Source of the DNA: Nibricoccus sp.
Lineage (GTDB): Bacteria; Verrucomicrobiota; Verrucomicrobiia; Opitutales; Opitutaceae
Assembly: GCA_047602425.1 (NCBI GenBank)
Contig: JASGHG010000001.1
Coordinates: 2,464,001 to 2,528,000 of the forward strand
Length of the DNA: 64,000 bases
Reading direction: 5' to 3'
Numbering within the stretch: position 1 is the first letter of the stretch; the number at the start of each line of letters is the position of its first letter. Both the position numbers and the translations under genes were made by a program. Below the pieces are notes generated by a model. That model made no database searches and had not been told where the DNA came from. It worked only from the letters and a program-made list of their open reading frames with translations. This document shows, piece by piece, positions 50,448 through 60,537 of the stretch.

Positions 50448-53400
50448 TTAGCGAATCTTGTCTCCTTCCAGCGGTTGCGCAAACTGGTCCTTCACATTGT
50501 TGAGATTTTCCAACGAGGCGTTCCACCATTTCGATGCCAGCAAGGTTTCGATCGTCTTCGGGTTGAAGCGGTATCGCAGGACCTTGGCCGGGTAACCACC
50601 GACAATGGCATAGGGAGGCACATCTTCCACAATAACGCTCCCGGCGGCGATGAAAGCTCCGTCCCCGATCTTTTTTGTAGGATAGAGGATGGTTGCGTTA
50701 TTTCCGATAAACACGTCGTTGCCAATTTCCACTTTCACCCGGTTGAGTTCGTAGCCTTTGGCGAAGCCGAAGGCGGGATGGTAGAAAATCGCGTTGGTCG
50801 AGATGGTGTTTCTGGGGTGGTCGGCATTTTGGATGAACGCCGTGGGAGACACCGATGAATATCTGCCGATCGTCGTCTTCTCGCGCATCCGGTCAACGTC
50901 GAAGCATCCGCAAGTGTAATCGCCAATCTGGATGCCGAACATTTTGGCGTAAAGCTTCCGCAAGGTTACCGTGTAGTATTCGCCATTCTCGAATTTGAGG
51001 ATCAATTTTTGGGCGAACGCGCGAACGCGGCGGCTTCCGTTCATGAACAGCGGGGCCAGGACCCATCGGCAGAACGCGGACTCTTTCATCCGGGAGCCGG
51101 CTGTCGGCCCTGTTTGCGATGTAGTTGTTTTTTGGAGACCGAGCAGCGTTGCGACAATTTCCGGATTGGCCTCGGGCAGGTTTAGGCTCGGAGCTGGGCT
51201 TGGTGCCGCGGGCTTGTCGATGACATGCGCGGATTGGCCGGACGTCGACGGCAGTAGAGTCGCGAGGCCTGCCACCGTTCGATGCCGGAAAAGCGCCACG
51301 GGCGGAAGATCGGTTCCGAAGCGATCGTTGAGGAGCGAAACGGCCCGCAATACCAGCAACGAGTGACCGCCCAAATCGAAGAAATCGTCGTGAATGCTGA
51401 TGCGTTCAACACCCAATACTTCCCTCCAAACCTGACAGACACCTTGTTCGGTTTCGTTTCTTGGGGCGACATAGGTGGTTCCGAGGTCCGGACGGTCCTG
51501 CACGGGCTTCGGAAGGGCCTTGCGGTCGACTTTTCCATTGGTAGTCAGAGGAATTTTTTCGAGCTGCACGAAGGCGGCCGGCACCATGTACTCCGGCATT
51601 TTTTTCTTCAGGTGTTCCCGAAGCTCCAGAACCGAGGGGATCACGCCGCCTGACGAAATGACGTACGCAACCAATCGCTGGTCGCCGGGAACATCTTCGC
51701 GCGCGATGACGACCGCTTCGCGAATCGCAGGATGCTGACAGAGAACGGACTCAATTTCACCCAGTTCGACGCGGAAGCCGCGGATTTTTACCTGTTGATC
51801 GATACGGCCGAGATACTCGATGTCGCGGCCGGGAAGGAAGCGAGCGAGATCGCCCGTTCGATAAAGTCGCGAACCGGGTTTGTTCGTGAGATGATCGGGA
51901 ATGAATCGGGCGTCGGTGAGGTCCTGCCGATTGAGGTAACCGCGCGCAAGGCCGGCACCGCCGACGTACATTTCTCCCGGAACACCGATGGGCAACGGCT
52001 GTTTTTGCGGATCGAGGATATATACTTGAAGATCCGGAATCGGCACGCCGATCACACTGCCAGAGGTCAAATCGTCTTTCGACAACGGCCTGTACGTGAC
52101 ATGCACCGTCGTTTCGGTGATGCCATACATATTGACCAAACGCGGCTGGCTGTCGCCATGCCGGTCGTACCACGGGCGCAAACTTTGCATTTCCAAAGCC
52201 TCTCCCCCGAAAACCACATAACGCAGCGCCAGTTTCTTCTGCCCGACCGATTCCTCCGCATGGATGAGCTGGCGGAATGCCGATGGCGTTTGGTTCAGGA
52301 CGGTCACCTGTTCCTTGGCGAGGAGTTCGTAGAATGCCTCGGAGGAGCGGCTGACCATGAATGGCACCACAACAAGGCGGCCGCCGTAGAGCAAGGCGCC
52401 CCAGATTTCCCAAACGGAGAAATCGAAAGCCACGGAGTGGAACAGCGTCCATACGTCCGAACTATTGAACCCGTACCAATGATCGGTGGCGGAGAAGAGC
52501 CGCGTCACGTTCCGGTGGGTGAGCAGGGAACCCTTGGGTTTTCCCGTCGTGCCCGAGGTGTAAATAACGTAGGCAAGATGATCCGGATTTGTCGCGGACG
52601 GCTGGTTTTCGTTGTCGGCGTCGGTCAGTTTTTCCTGGAGCAGCTGGTCTACGCAGAGCACACGGGCGGATGTTTCGGGAAGATCCTTGAGCAGGGACGA
52701 CTGCGTGAGCAGAATGGGAGCCTTGGCATCGGAAAGCATGAACGCCAGTCGATCGGCCGGGTAGGCAAGATCGATCGGCAGGTAGGCGCCTCCCGCTTTC
52801 AAGATGGCGAGCAGGCCGATCACGAGGTTGTTGCACCGTTCAAGACACAGACCGACGAGGACATCGGGGCCGACGCCCAGTGAACGCAACTCGCGGGCGA
52901 GTCGGTTGGCCATGGCGTTGAGTTGGCGGTAGCTAAGGGTTTGGTCATCGCAGGTCAGCGCGGGCGCGTCCGGGCTCCGGCGGGCCTGCTCCTCAAAAAG
53001 GACATGGATGCAACGGTCGCTGGGATAGTCTTTTGGTGCTTCGTTCCAGTCGACCACGAGCTGCTTCCGTTCCGCGGCGGTGACGAGCGGTAGGACACCC
53101 AATTGTTTTTCCGGTCCGGCGAGCATTCCGGCGAAAATGATTTCGAGGTGCCCAAGCATTCTGCCGATGGTTCCTTCGTCATACAGACCGCCATTGTATT
53201 CGAGGCGCAGCAGCAGTTGGTTTTCGCCATAAGCCTGGAGGACGAGCGGTATGCCGACCTGTTCCTTTAGTTCTATCTGGAGTTTAGGTCCATTCGGATT
53301 CAGTTGCTGGACCGCGGTATCAAGCTGTGCATGATCGAACATCAACAGGGTGTCGAACAGCGCCTTCCGGTCTTGAATTTCGCTCCATTGCTGGATCTTG

Positions 53401-54413
53401 ACCAAAGGCGTGTGCTCGTGCTTTCGAAGTTCGAATTCGCGCGCGCGCAGGTCTTTCAACCAGGATTTTAAGGTGGCGCTGGACGAAACATTAACACGAA
53501 GCGGGAGCGTGTTTATAAAAATGCCGACAATGGAATCGGCATCGGTCACGGTGGACCGCCGGCAGGCCCGGGTGATTCCGAAAACGACGTCTTCTTCGCC
53601 ACTATAGCGGCTGATGAGCAAGGCCCAGGCCGCTTGTACGAGCGTGCCGAGGGTGACCCCTTGGGCTGCGGCAAAGGCCTTCAGTTCGGTCGTCAACGAT
53701 TCTGACAGGCGCGTCTCGCTCGCGGCTGGAATAAACTCGTTACTGGCTGCTGCCGGACGCAGCGTGCGCAGATCGGTGGGGACGGAGAATCCTTTTAGTT
53801 CCGCCCGCCAGAATCCTTCCGAGGCCTGCCAGTCATGGCGTCCAACCCATTCAATATATTCACGGAATGGGCGCGGAGCAGGCAGTTGAATATTTTCGTT
53901 CCGGAGCCCGGCTTTATAAAGCGTGAATACTTCATTCAGAATAATGGGGTAGGCACGTCCATCCAAAATAATATGATGAAAACTCCATATACATTTGTAA
54001 CGGTTTTCACCAAGTCGCGCGAGGGTCACTCGCATTACGGGCGCTTGGGAAAGATCGAAGCCCTGTTTGCGGTCGGTGCGGAGAAATTGTTCCAGTTCTT
54101 TGGTCTGCGCCTCTGGCGCCAGATGAATCCAGTTACGTTCGACGAAAGGCAGCGTCACTGTGGGGTGAACATCCTGGGCTGGTTCAGCCAGCTTCAGCCA
54201 ACGAAACGCTGTGCGTAAAGCTCCATGACGGACGACTACTTTTTCCCACGCCGCTTTGAAGGCCGCTGTGTTTACGGCTTCATCGATGGTTATAACGACC
54301 TGCTCAATGTTTATTCCTGAGTTGGGGCGGGACACGGTGTCAAAGAGCATGCCTTGCTGCATTGACGAAAGAGCGTAGGATTCCGCAATCGAAGTCGTGG
54401 GCGTGGATGTCAT
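50448..54413 (-). CDS. Monomodular NRPS C-A(Thr)-T fused to a C-terminal Vat/CatB-like LbH acyltransferase domain
   Basis: C motif HHIILDG with a DCL/starter-like N-terminus (YALSSMQQGMLF). A code DFWNVGMVHK (Thr-type). T site GGHSL. C-terminus IGNDVFIG...IGDGAFIAAGSVI..DVPPYAIVGG.PAK.LRYRF....LL..KWWN. Confidence 0.92.
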   Translation of the reverse strand: MTSTPTTSIAESYALSSMQQGMLFDTVSRPNSGINIEQVVITIDEAVNTAAFKAAWEKVVVRHGALRTAFRWLKLAEPAQDVHPTVTLPFVERNWIHLAPEAQTKELEQFLRTDRKQGFDLSQAPVMRVTLARLGENRYKCIWSFHHIILDGRAYPIILNEVFTLYKAGLRNENIQLPAPRPFREYIEWVGRHDWQASEGFWRAELKGFSVPTDLRTLRPAAASNEFIPAASETRLSESLTTELKAFAAAQGVTLGTLVQAAWALLISRYSGEEDVVFGITRACRRSTVTDADSIVGIFINTLPLRVNVSSSATLKSWLKDLRAREFELRKHEHTPLVKIQQWSEIQDRKALFDTLLMFDHAQLDTAVQQLNPNGPKLQIELKEQVGIPLVLQAYGENQLLLRLEYNGGLYDEGTIGRMLGHLEIIFAGMLAGPEKQLGVLPLVTAAERKQLVVDWNEAPKDYPSDRCIHVLFEEQARRSPDAPALTCDDQTLSYRQLNAMANRLARELRSLGVGPDVLVGLCLERCNNLVIGLLAILKAGGAYLPIDLAYPADRLAFMLSDAKAPILLTQSSLLKDLPETSARVLCVDQLLQEKLTDADNENQPSATNPDHLAYVIYTSGTTGKPKGSLLTHRNVTRLFSATDHWYGFNSSDVWTLFHSVAFDFSVWEIWGALLYGGRLVVVPFMVSRSSEAFYELLAKEQVTVLNQTPSAFRQLIHAEESVGQKKLALRYVVFGGEALEMQSLRPWYDRHGDSQPRLVNMYGITETTVHVTYRPLSKDDLTSGSVIGVPIPDLQVYILDPQKQPLPIGVPGEMYVGGAGLARGYLNRQDLTDARFIPDHLTNKPGSRLYRTGDLARFLPGRDIEYLGRIDQQVKIRGFRVELGEIESVLCQHPAIREAVVIAREDVPGDQRLVAYVISSGGVIPSVLELREHLKKKMPEYMVPAAFVQLEKIPLTTNGKVDRKALPKPVQDRPDLGTTYVAPRNETEQGVCQVWREVLGVERISIHDDFFDLGGHSLLVLRAVSLLNDRFGTDLPPVALFRHRTVAGLATLLPSTSGQSAHVIDKPAAPSPAPSLNLPEANPEIVATLLGLQKTTTSQTGPTAGSRMKESAFCRWVLAPLFMNGSRRVRAFAQKLILKFENGEYYTVTLRKLYAKMFGIQIGDYTCGCFDVDRMREKTTIGRYSSVSPTAFIQNADHPRNTISTNAIFYHPAFGFAKGYELNRVKVEIGNDVFIGNNATILYPTKKIGDGAFIAAGSVIVEDVPPYAIVGGYPAKVLRYRFNPKTIETLLASKWWNASLENLNNVKDQFAQPLEGDKIR

Positions 54414-54609
54414 AAACGTGATTTTTATCTATTACAGGCGAATCATTTATTGGAAGAAAAAACGGAGATACTTCAGAGGCCGCCGGGTATTGGTCCGGCC
54501 GGACTTTGTCTTGATGCTATCGGGAGGACTTCCCGGGGACTGTACGCGATGGATCGCTATTCGATTCGAATATATAAACCGTCGAACGATGTATGATCGA
54601 ACAAAGCGT

Positions 54610-56061
54610 TTATAGAGCTGCCGTCTTGGTTGCTAGGCGAGGCATAATGGCATTATAAATAACTTGGGCAACTTCAGGAAATATTATCCGTGCGATGCCC
54701 ACCGCGATGCCGAGTGAAGCGAGTGCGCTGACGGCGGCGCCCACGATGCCCAGGCTGGATGCAAAATAATGGGCATAACCAACGTTCAAGACTAAAATTC
54801 CCACCAGGTAAACGGTGGCGACGGAACTTTCGCGCAGGGGCACTTGTTGCTTTTGGCGGAGTCGATACAAGGAATACACTGTGGCCAAAATCTCGCCCAC
54901 AATGGCGCAAGCTGCGATTTGAGTGGGAGTCCCTTTGAGCGCGACGACGGCCAAGGCGATTGGCAGTCCGGCTGCTCGCCACAAGTTCGAATAAAATTGG
55001 TTGATCGTATCGGCACGCGCCGCGGCCGCGTTGCCCGAGGCCAGACGCAGGAAGCGGAAAGCCATCGCCGAGCCCAAAATCGCGACGAACGCCCCGGTGC
55101 CCACGTATTTTCCGCCGAAGATCAACGTGACGAGTTGTTCACCCGCGACAATCATCGGCACAAGAAATAGGCCCGCGCAGACCGCGGCAATTTGTATACA
55201 CAAACGATATTGATGTTTCAACCGCTCCAAGTCGTCTTGCAGTCTCGATAAGAGCGGCAGCATCAAAGAGCCGCTCACCTGGGAAAAGATAAACCACGGA
55301 ATACTAATCATCGAAAACGCCAGGCCGTAGCTGGCAAGCAAGTCGAGCGAGAAGACCGAACCTATAATAATCTGATCGGCTTGTTGTGAGCCGAATGTTA
55401 TAAAGCCGGTCAGCAGGAGGGGCCACCCGAACGCCAGCATACTTTTAATGTAATCGCGCTGCCAGGCCCACACATAGGGTCGGGTTGCGCAAAGAAAGGT
55501 GATGATCGTGCCGGTGGCGGCCTTCGTGAGCATGAGAATTACAATCACACGAAAATCTCCCAACCAGTGCGCCAAGGGCCAGGCGGCCGCCGTAATCAAC
55601 AATTGGGGAACGACGTCGGATAAGATCAACGGCAGATATTCGAGATGACGCTGACGCCGCGACACATCCATGTGGCCCAATCCTTGGCACATGGGCACCG
55701 AGGCCAGAAGGGCAAACGCCCACCAAGTGCCGGGCACTCCGAGAAATTTTGCGATGGGATAACTCAAGGCCACGAGCATCAATGCACTGCACGAGCCACC
55801 GATAAATTGGAGCGCCTGCGCGGTGCCGAGAAACGCCGGTTCTTCACCTTTCTTGGACTGCACGACTTGCAGCCCAAAACACATATTCCCGCTTAACTCG
55901 AGGAGGGTGATGGCCATGCTAAATGCCGCTGCCAAACCGAAGTCCGCTTTGCCCAAGGTTCTGGCTAAAATCACATTGCGCACGAACGAGAGAAAATATC
56001 CTGCAATTCGCCCGGTGAGCAGAATCATTGTGCCTTGGAGCAGTGAGTTCGATTTGCGCAT
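54610..56061 (-). CDS. wzx: Wzx-type oligosaccharide flippase
   Basis: Many TM segments, with ILARTL...DFG, FGWPL, DQIIIG and P.LSRLQDD motifs typical of PST flippases. Confidence 0.85.
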   Translation of the reverse strand: MRKSNSLLQGTMILLTGRIAGYFLSFVRNVILARTLGKADFGLAAAFSMAITLLELSGNMCFGLQVVQSKKGEEPAFLGTAQALQFIGGSCSALMLVALSYPIAKFLGVPGTWWAFALLASVPMCQGLGHMDVSRRQRHLEYLPLILSDVVPQLLITAAAWPLAHWLGDFRVIVILMLTKAATGTIITFLCATRPYVWAWQRDYIKSMLAFGWPLLLTGFITFGSQQADQIIIGSVFSLDLLASYGLAFSMISIPWFIFSQVSGSLMLPLLSRLQDDLERLKHQYRLCIQIAAVCAGLFLVPMIVAGEQLVTLIFGGKYVGTGAFVAILGSAMAFRFLRLASGNAAAARADTINQFYSNLWRAAGLPIALAVVALKGTPTQIAACAIVGEILATVYSLYRLRQKQQVPLRESSVATVYLVGILVLNVGYAHYFASSLGIVGAAVSALASLGIAVGIARIIFPEVAQVIYNAIMPRLATKTAAL

Positions 56062-56378
56062 GAATTCTGTGGTCTAAAAGGGAACAAGCGACGATTCGCC
56101 TGCTTGTTCGTGAAACTGTCCGTTTAGAGGCCATAACCGCACTAAAACATTCCGGTTTGCGAGGATTTTTATGCCGCTCGTCGTGGCCGGAATTTCTCCG
56201 GTGCAGGACTTGCGGGTGGTGATGCAGCTCTTCTATTCCGCGTGCTTGAGCGGAAGACGTCTCTTTCAGACGGGATTTGAGTGGCTGTCGGCGCGGGACC
56301 TTGAAAGAAGTTTTGCCTTTATTCGGCAGACCGCCGCGCGTCGGACTATGCGTCTGAGGTAGGATGCTGGACCTCTCT

Positions 56379-56412
56379 ATAAATACGAAGCCCGGCTCTA
56401 AGCCGGGCTTCG
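56379..56412 (-). terminator. Rho-independent terminator after the beta-helix gene
   Basis: Perfect 12-bp stem CGAAGCCCGGCT/AGCCGGGCTTCG (56386-56412) with a 3-nt loop, followed on the minus strand by TATTTAT. Confidence 0.7.
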
Positions 56413-56448
56413 GTCCAAACGATGTTGATGGAATATTTTCTGGGTCGA

Positions 56449-57807
56449 TTACAGCGAAGTGATGGTGGTCTTCGCATTCGACGGGGCCGTCATGATTCCC
56501 AAGCCGGCCGCCGGGCTTCCTGCCATGAGGCTGAAATTGCCCGCGGAAGGATTTACAAAGAGCGGATCCAGGCCGTTGATGCCGTGCGGCTCCTTGAACC
56601 AGGTTTTGATTATGCCGAGGCCGGTGCCGACCACGAGATTGTAATCCGAGACCTGTCCAGTGACCGTATCGCCGGCGTAGCCGCCGTTGTTGGTCTGGGA
56701 AGGACTGGCGCAATCGTAGAATATATTTTTTTGGATATTAATATAATTCGCGACGCCATGTGAATTGTTGAATATTGTAATGGACCACTGGCTGGCGGTG
56801 CCGCAGCGATAGAACGTGTTGTTGGTAAAGGTCGCATAAGGCATGGCGACGTTGATCGTTCTGGCGACATTGCAGAAGAGATTGTTTTTGAAGGTCCAGC
56901 GGCTGATGTTTCCATTCAGCTGCGTGTCCTCGAGATTTCCGAGCTGCACGTCGTTGCCGGCGTTCAGAACGGTGTTGTTTTCGATCAGGACATCGCGCGA
57001 TGTTTGGGCCGGATCATTGCCAAAGGTCTGGAAGAGGTCCGGGTGGTTGTCGTTCGCTTGAGGGTTGCTCCAATCGGTCACGGTATTGCCGCGTACGACG
57101 ATATTGCTGCCGATGATGATAAAGCAGTCCCAGCCTTTTTGGCCCGAAATACGGCAGTTTGTCACCGTATGGTTGGTGCCGAGCAAAGCGAAGGCATTGT
57201 TATCGGGATTGGTAATCGTAATATTATCGAACGTGCCATAATTCGCAGCCGGCCAACCGGTGTGAACGCCGCAAGCGCCGCGCACCGCGCTGTAGCCAGG
57301 AGCTCCGTTGATCGAGATATTCGAAAAAGAGCAATGATCGGCACCGCTTAGGAGTTGGATGCAACCATCGTTGGCATCGACGCCAACGCCATTCAGTGTG
57401 ACGTCCGAAGCATCGACGTAGGCGCCGCTAATATAGAAGCCGCCGAGCGTGACCGAAGCCGCGCCTGCGCCTTTATAAGTGATATGCGCCGAGGCAGTGC
57501 CGCTGCTGGTTTCTTTGACTTTTTCCGCGTAGACGCCGGCAGCAATGTTGACGGTATCGCCGGCGACGGTGGTATTGGCCGCTTTTTGGACGGTCAGCCA
57601 AGGGGAGGATGCAGTGCCCGGATTCGAATCGCTGCCCGTTTTGGCTACATAATAGGTAGCGGCGGGGAGCAGAGTCGGCACGACGGCCAACAGAAGCCCA
57701 AGAACGGCTCCTTTGAAGAACGTTTTCTGAGGTTGGACGGGATTGCTCGGCAAGCCAGCTGTCTTTCCGCAAAAGATTTTTTGAGACGGATTTTTTTTCG
57801 AGTTCAT
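56449..57807 (-). CDS. Secreted right-handed parallel beta-helix protein (DUF1565 / pectate-lyase-like fold)
   Basis: Signal-like segment, then ATYYVA..GSD.NPGT...PW.T.QKA......GDTV....G.Y, Asn-rich repeats, H.D..Q, and a DPLFVN...F.L..GSPA tail. Confidence 0.8.
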   Translation of the reverse strand: MNSKKNPSQKIFCGKTAGLPSNPVQPQKTFFKGAVLGLLLAVVPTLLPAATYYVAKTGSDSNPGTASSPWLTVQKAANTTVAGDTVNIAAGVYAEKVKETSSGTASAHITYKGAGAASVTLGGFYISGAYVDASDVTLNGVGVDANDGCIQLLSGADHCSFSNISINGAPGYSAVRGACGVHTGWPAANYGTFDNITITNPDNNAFALLGTNHTVTNCRISGQKGWDCFIIIGSNIVVRGNTVTDWSNPQANDNHPDLFQTFGNDPAQTSRDVLIENNTVLNAGNDVQLGNLEDTQLNGNISRWTFKNNLFCNVARTINVAMPYATFTNNTFYRCGTASQWSITIFNNSHGVANYINIQKNIFYDCASPSQTNNGGYAGDTVTGQVSDYNLVVGTGLGIIKTWFKEPHGINGLDPLFVNPSAGNFSLMAGSPAAGLGIMTAPSNAKTTITSL

Positions 57808-58047
57808 GGTTTTATTTTTTCACTCGGATCGCCGGTGCAATGTCAGCTGACATCCTTTGCGGTCTGCTGTAGCTTAAAGGCGATCGACAAGTGATTCATT
57901 TGCACGAAAGCATCGGCTACTCTTGGTTCCGATCAAGGTCGCAGATGGTAGAAGAATTGTGAAACAAATTGGCTGATAGCGGCTCGTGAGCAGGTAATTG
58001 CAACGAAATGGCGATTTAGCGCTAGAGCTTTACGATTCTATCACTTA

Positions 58048-59022
58048 CTAAACAAATTTCTGTAAATACGGGATCTTTTGGATCACAGCCACGGCGAGAA
58101 AAGACACGACGGTCGTCAATGCGAACCAGACCAGATCATGTTGATGTATCCAAGGGATCAATTTGAAGGCAGCCATCACCACGCCGTGAATGAGATAAAC
58201 GCCCAAGCACAGGGTGCTAATTGGGCCGATTTGAGGGGAAAGCTGGCGTTTGAACAACAGCCCGACCACGACAAGCGCGCTTCCGACTCCGTACGAAATT
58301 CCCATGCCGGGATCGATGTGATGAAGGTAGGCGCAGGTGATTATTATCGTCGCTTCGATGGCGATCAAAACGCGGTTGGATTGCGCACCCAGAGTCACCG
58401 CGGAGGCCATGGCCAAACCAATCGGAAGGCTGGGCGCGGCCTGTAACCACTGGGCCCAAGGCGCTTCATAGAAGCCCGACGTGCGGATGAAAGCCGCTGC
58501 GAAAAGCGTGAGATGCGCGACGATAACCGGAACGGCAACCCGTGTGTACGGCGGCAGTTTGTCGTGCGGCTTGCTCAGAACGTAGGTGACGCAGGCGCTC
58601 GCAAACGAAAAGGGTAGATACCATAATCCAATCCACGGTCCGGCTAGAATGTTATCGATAAAGCCGGATGTTAGCGGAAACAAACGTTTACCCGTCACTA
58701 TATTGAGCACGGCGTAGATAACAAACCACGCGGCCCAAGGCATCAGCAGGCGCGAAACTCTTTTCTGAAAAAACGCCTTCGGATTAAGGCCCTGAGTGGA
58801 TCCTTTTTGAAAGAAAACGAATATAATCAGGAAAAATACAAGGCCCGCATAGGCAACTCGTCGTTGCGGAAGGACGCCGAGATGAAACCAAATGACTGCG
58901 CAGGCCGAAATGATCCGAAGCAGATCGATGGTATCGTTTCGTTCCTTCACGCGTGCTGGTTTATCGTGCGTGGCAACCGACATGGCGGCGGTCGAGAAAA
59001 GATGAGGCTGGGAGGTCGACAT
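58048..59022 (-). CDS. Acyltransferase family 3 (OafA-like membrane O-acyltransferase)
   Basis: R...ID.LR......VIWFH, FF.KR..RL..P, LWYL and GVYLIH motifs; multiple TM segments. Confidence 0.82.
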   Translation of the reverse strand: MSTSQPHLFSTAAMSVATHDKPARVKERNDTIDLLRIISACAVIWFHLGVLPQRRVAYAGLVFFLIIFVFFQKGSTQGLNPKAFFQKRVSRLLMPWAAWFVIYAVLNIVTGKRLFPLTSGFIDNILAGPWIGLWYLPFSFASACVTYVLSKPHDKLPPYTRVAVPVIVAHLTLFAAAFIRTSGFYEAPWAQWLQAAPSLPIGLAMASAVTLGAQSNRVLIAIEATIIITCAYLHHIDPGMGISYGVGSALVVVGLLFKRQLSPQIGPISTLCLGVYLIHGVVMAAFKLIPWIHQHDLVWFALTTVVSFLAVAVIQKIPYLQKFV

Positions 59023-59042
59023 CAGGGACGTTTTAGTCGCGC

Positions 59043-60434
59043 TTAGGCCGAACCGGCTTTTGTGATTTCAGGATTTTGGTCCTGTGCGTCAGGTTGCTTC
59101 CCATCCGGACCGTCGCTTTGCGGGGAGGCAAGCTCCGTGACTGCGGAGTCGGCTTCAACATCCGCGTCTTCCGATTCAACGAGCGTGGCCGGGGCCATTT
59201 TGGCCGACGAGTAAAGCGAGCCGATCATCGCGAGGTTCGAAAACAAAAACACGAACGACTGGTCAAAATAATAGACCGACATGCAGGAACAGGCTTGGGC
59301 GAAGAGCGCTGCACCGAGCGTCCAGATGTGGAATTGTTCCGAAAGCGGCGCATTTTCGTCCAAGCGTATGGTTTTCCCCACGTAGTTGAATGCCGTTCCC
59401 AAGGCGAAAATGAAAAGGAGCATCAAGGGGAAACCGCCAAAAACACCGTAACCAATATATTGGTTCGTTATGTCGCAATGATCCTCGCTCCACGATACGC
59501 CATATGGCATCCAGTGCCGGGTGTACGCAGTTCCCGCGAACCACCATTCACTAAAATGGTTGATGGCCGCCTGGATCAGGGCGGCCCGGTGATATCCCGT
59601 GCTGCTTCCGGTAAGATCGATCCGGGCGATCAAATAATAGGCGGGCGCCTGCATGCACACGTCTAAAACAATATAGAACACCACCGCCGCGATCCGCATC
59701 TGGCGGGTAAACGCGCGCCATTTCCAAAGCATCAAACCGAACAATCCGAAAACCACGCTCATCAGCGGGCCGCTGGATCTGCTCGCCAGCACCATCAGCA
59801 GACAGGCGACAATGCCGACCTTGGCCGCCAGGCGTTGCGTTTTCCAAATGCCCACCATCAAGGGCAGAACCGCGGCGCCCACCGTTCCGGCGAGGATTGA
59901 ATGGGAAAATGGACCCTGTGCGCGGATACTGCCTTCACGGACGGAGGCCATTTCGGGAACGTCGCCGAAAATGGCGAACATGTTGCGACCGGTTAATTTT
60001 TCACCGACCATTTCAAGGGCAACCGGGAGAAGCACGAAGGCGGTGATCTTCGAATAAAAAATGATATCGTCGATATTCTGACAGAAGATGCGGATCAGAA
60101 AATATATCCCCAAGGTATTGTAGACGGTGCCAAGCTGGCTGGTGAGGGGCTGGACAAAAATACTGCTGAACAGACACCAAAAAGCCCAAGCCAGCATGAA
60201 CCAATCCAAGCCATTGAACCCGCCCGCAGGACGTTCGTTGCGAATGATGACACGAGCGAAACCAAATAAAAGGAGCAAACGGATGATAGGGAAATGAAGC
60301 GGGCCGACCTCGATTCCTTGTCCCAAGGTCATGTAGCAGGCGCCCGCAAGCAACGGCAGCGGAGCCCAGCGCCGCGGTACCGACAAAAGCGCTGCGGCGT
60401 TGATCAAAAGAAAAATGAAAGCGAAACCATTCAT
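59043..60434 (-). CDS. wzy: Wzy/O-antigen ligase-family polysaccharide polymerase
   Basis: Multi-TM protein with RAQGPF.H.ILAG, SRSSGP, ST.YHR..L and DITNQY motifs. Start at ATG 60434, or TTG 60476. Confidence 0.72.
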   Translation of the reverse strand: MNGFAFIFLLINAAALLSVPRRWAPLPLLAGACYMTLGQGIEVGPLHFPIIRLLLLFGFARVIIRNERPAGGFNGLDWFMLAWAFWCLFSSIFVQPLTSQLGTVYNTLGIYFLIRIFCQNIDDIIFYSKITAFVLLPVALEMVGEKLTGRNMFAIFGDVPEMASVREGSIRAQGPFSHSILAGTVGAAVLPLMVGIWKTQRLAAKVGIVACLLMVLASRSSGPLMSVVFGLFGLMLWKWRAFTRQMRIAAVVFYIVLDVCMQAPAYYLIARIDLTGSSTGYHRAALIQAAINHFSEWWFAGTAYTRHWMPYGVSWSEDHCDITNQYIGYGVFGGFPLMLLFIFALGTAFNYVGKTIRLDENAPLSEQFHIWTLGAALFAQACSCMSVYYFDQSFVFLFSNLAMIGSLYSSAKMAPATLVESEDADVEADSAVTELASPQSDGPDGKQPDAQDQNPEITKAGSA

Positions 60435-60537
60435 TCCAGCGTGGCTCCACGGCAGATTTGCAGGGAGCTTGGGCAATACGATATCACATTTGCGCGAACC
60501 GACGACTGGTAAACGAAGATCGTTGTGCCGGCCGGAA

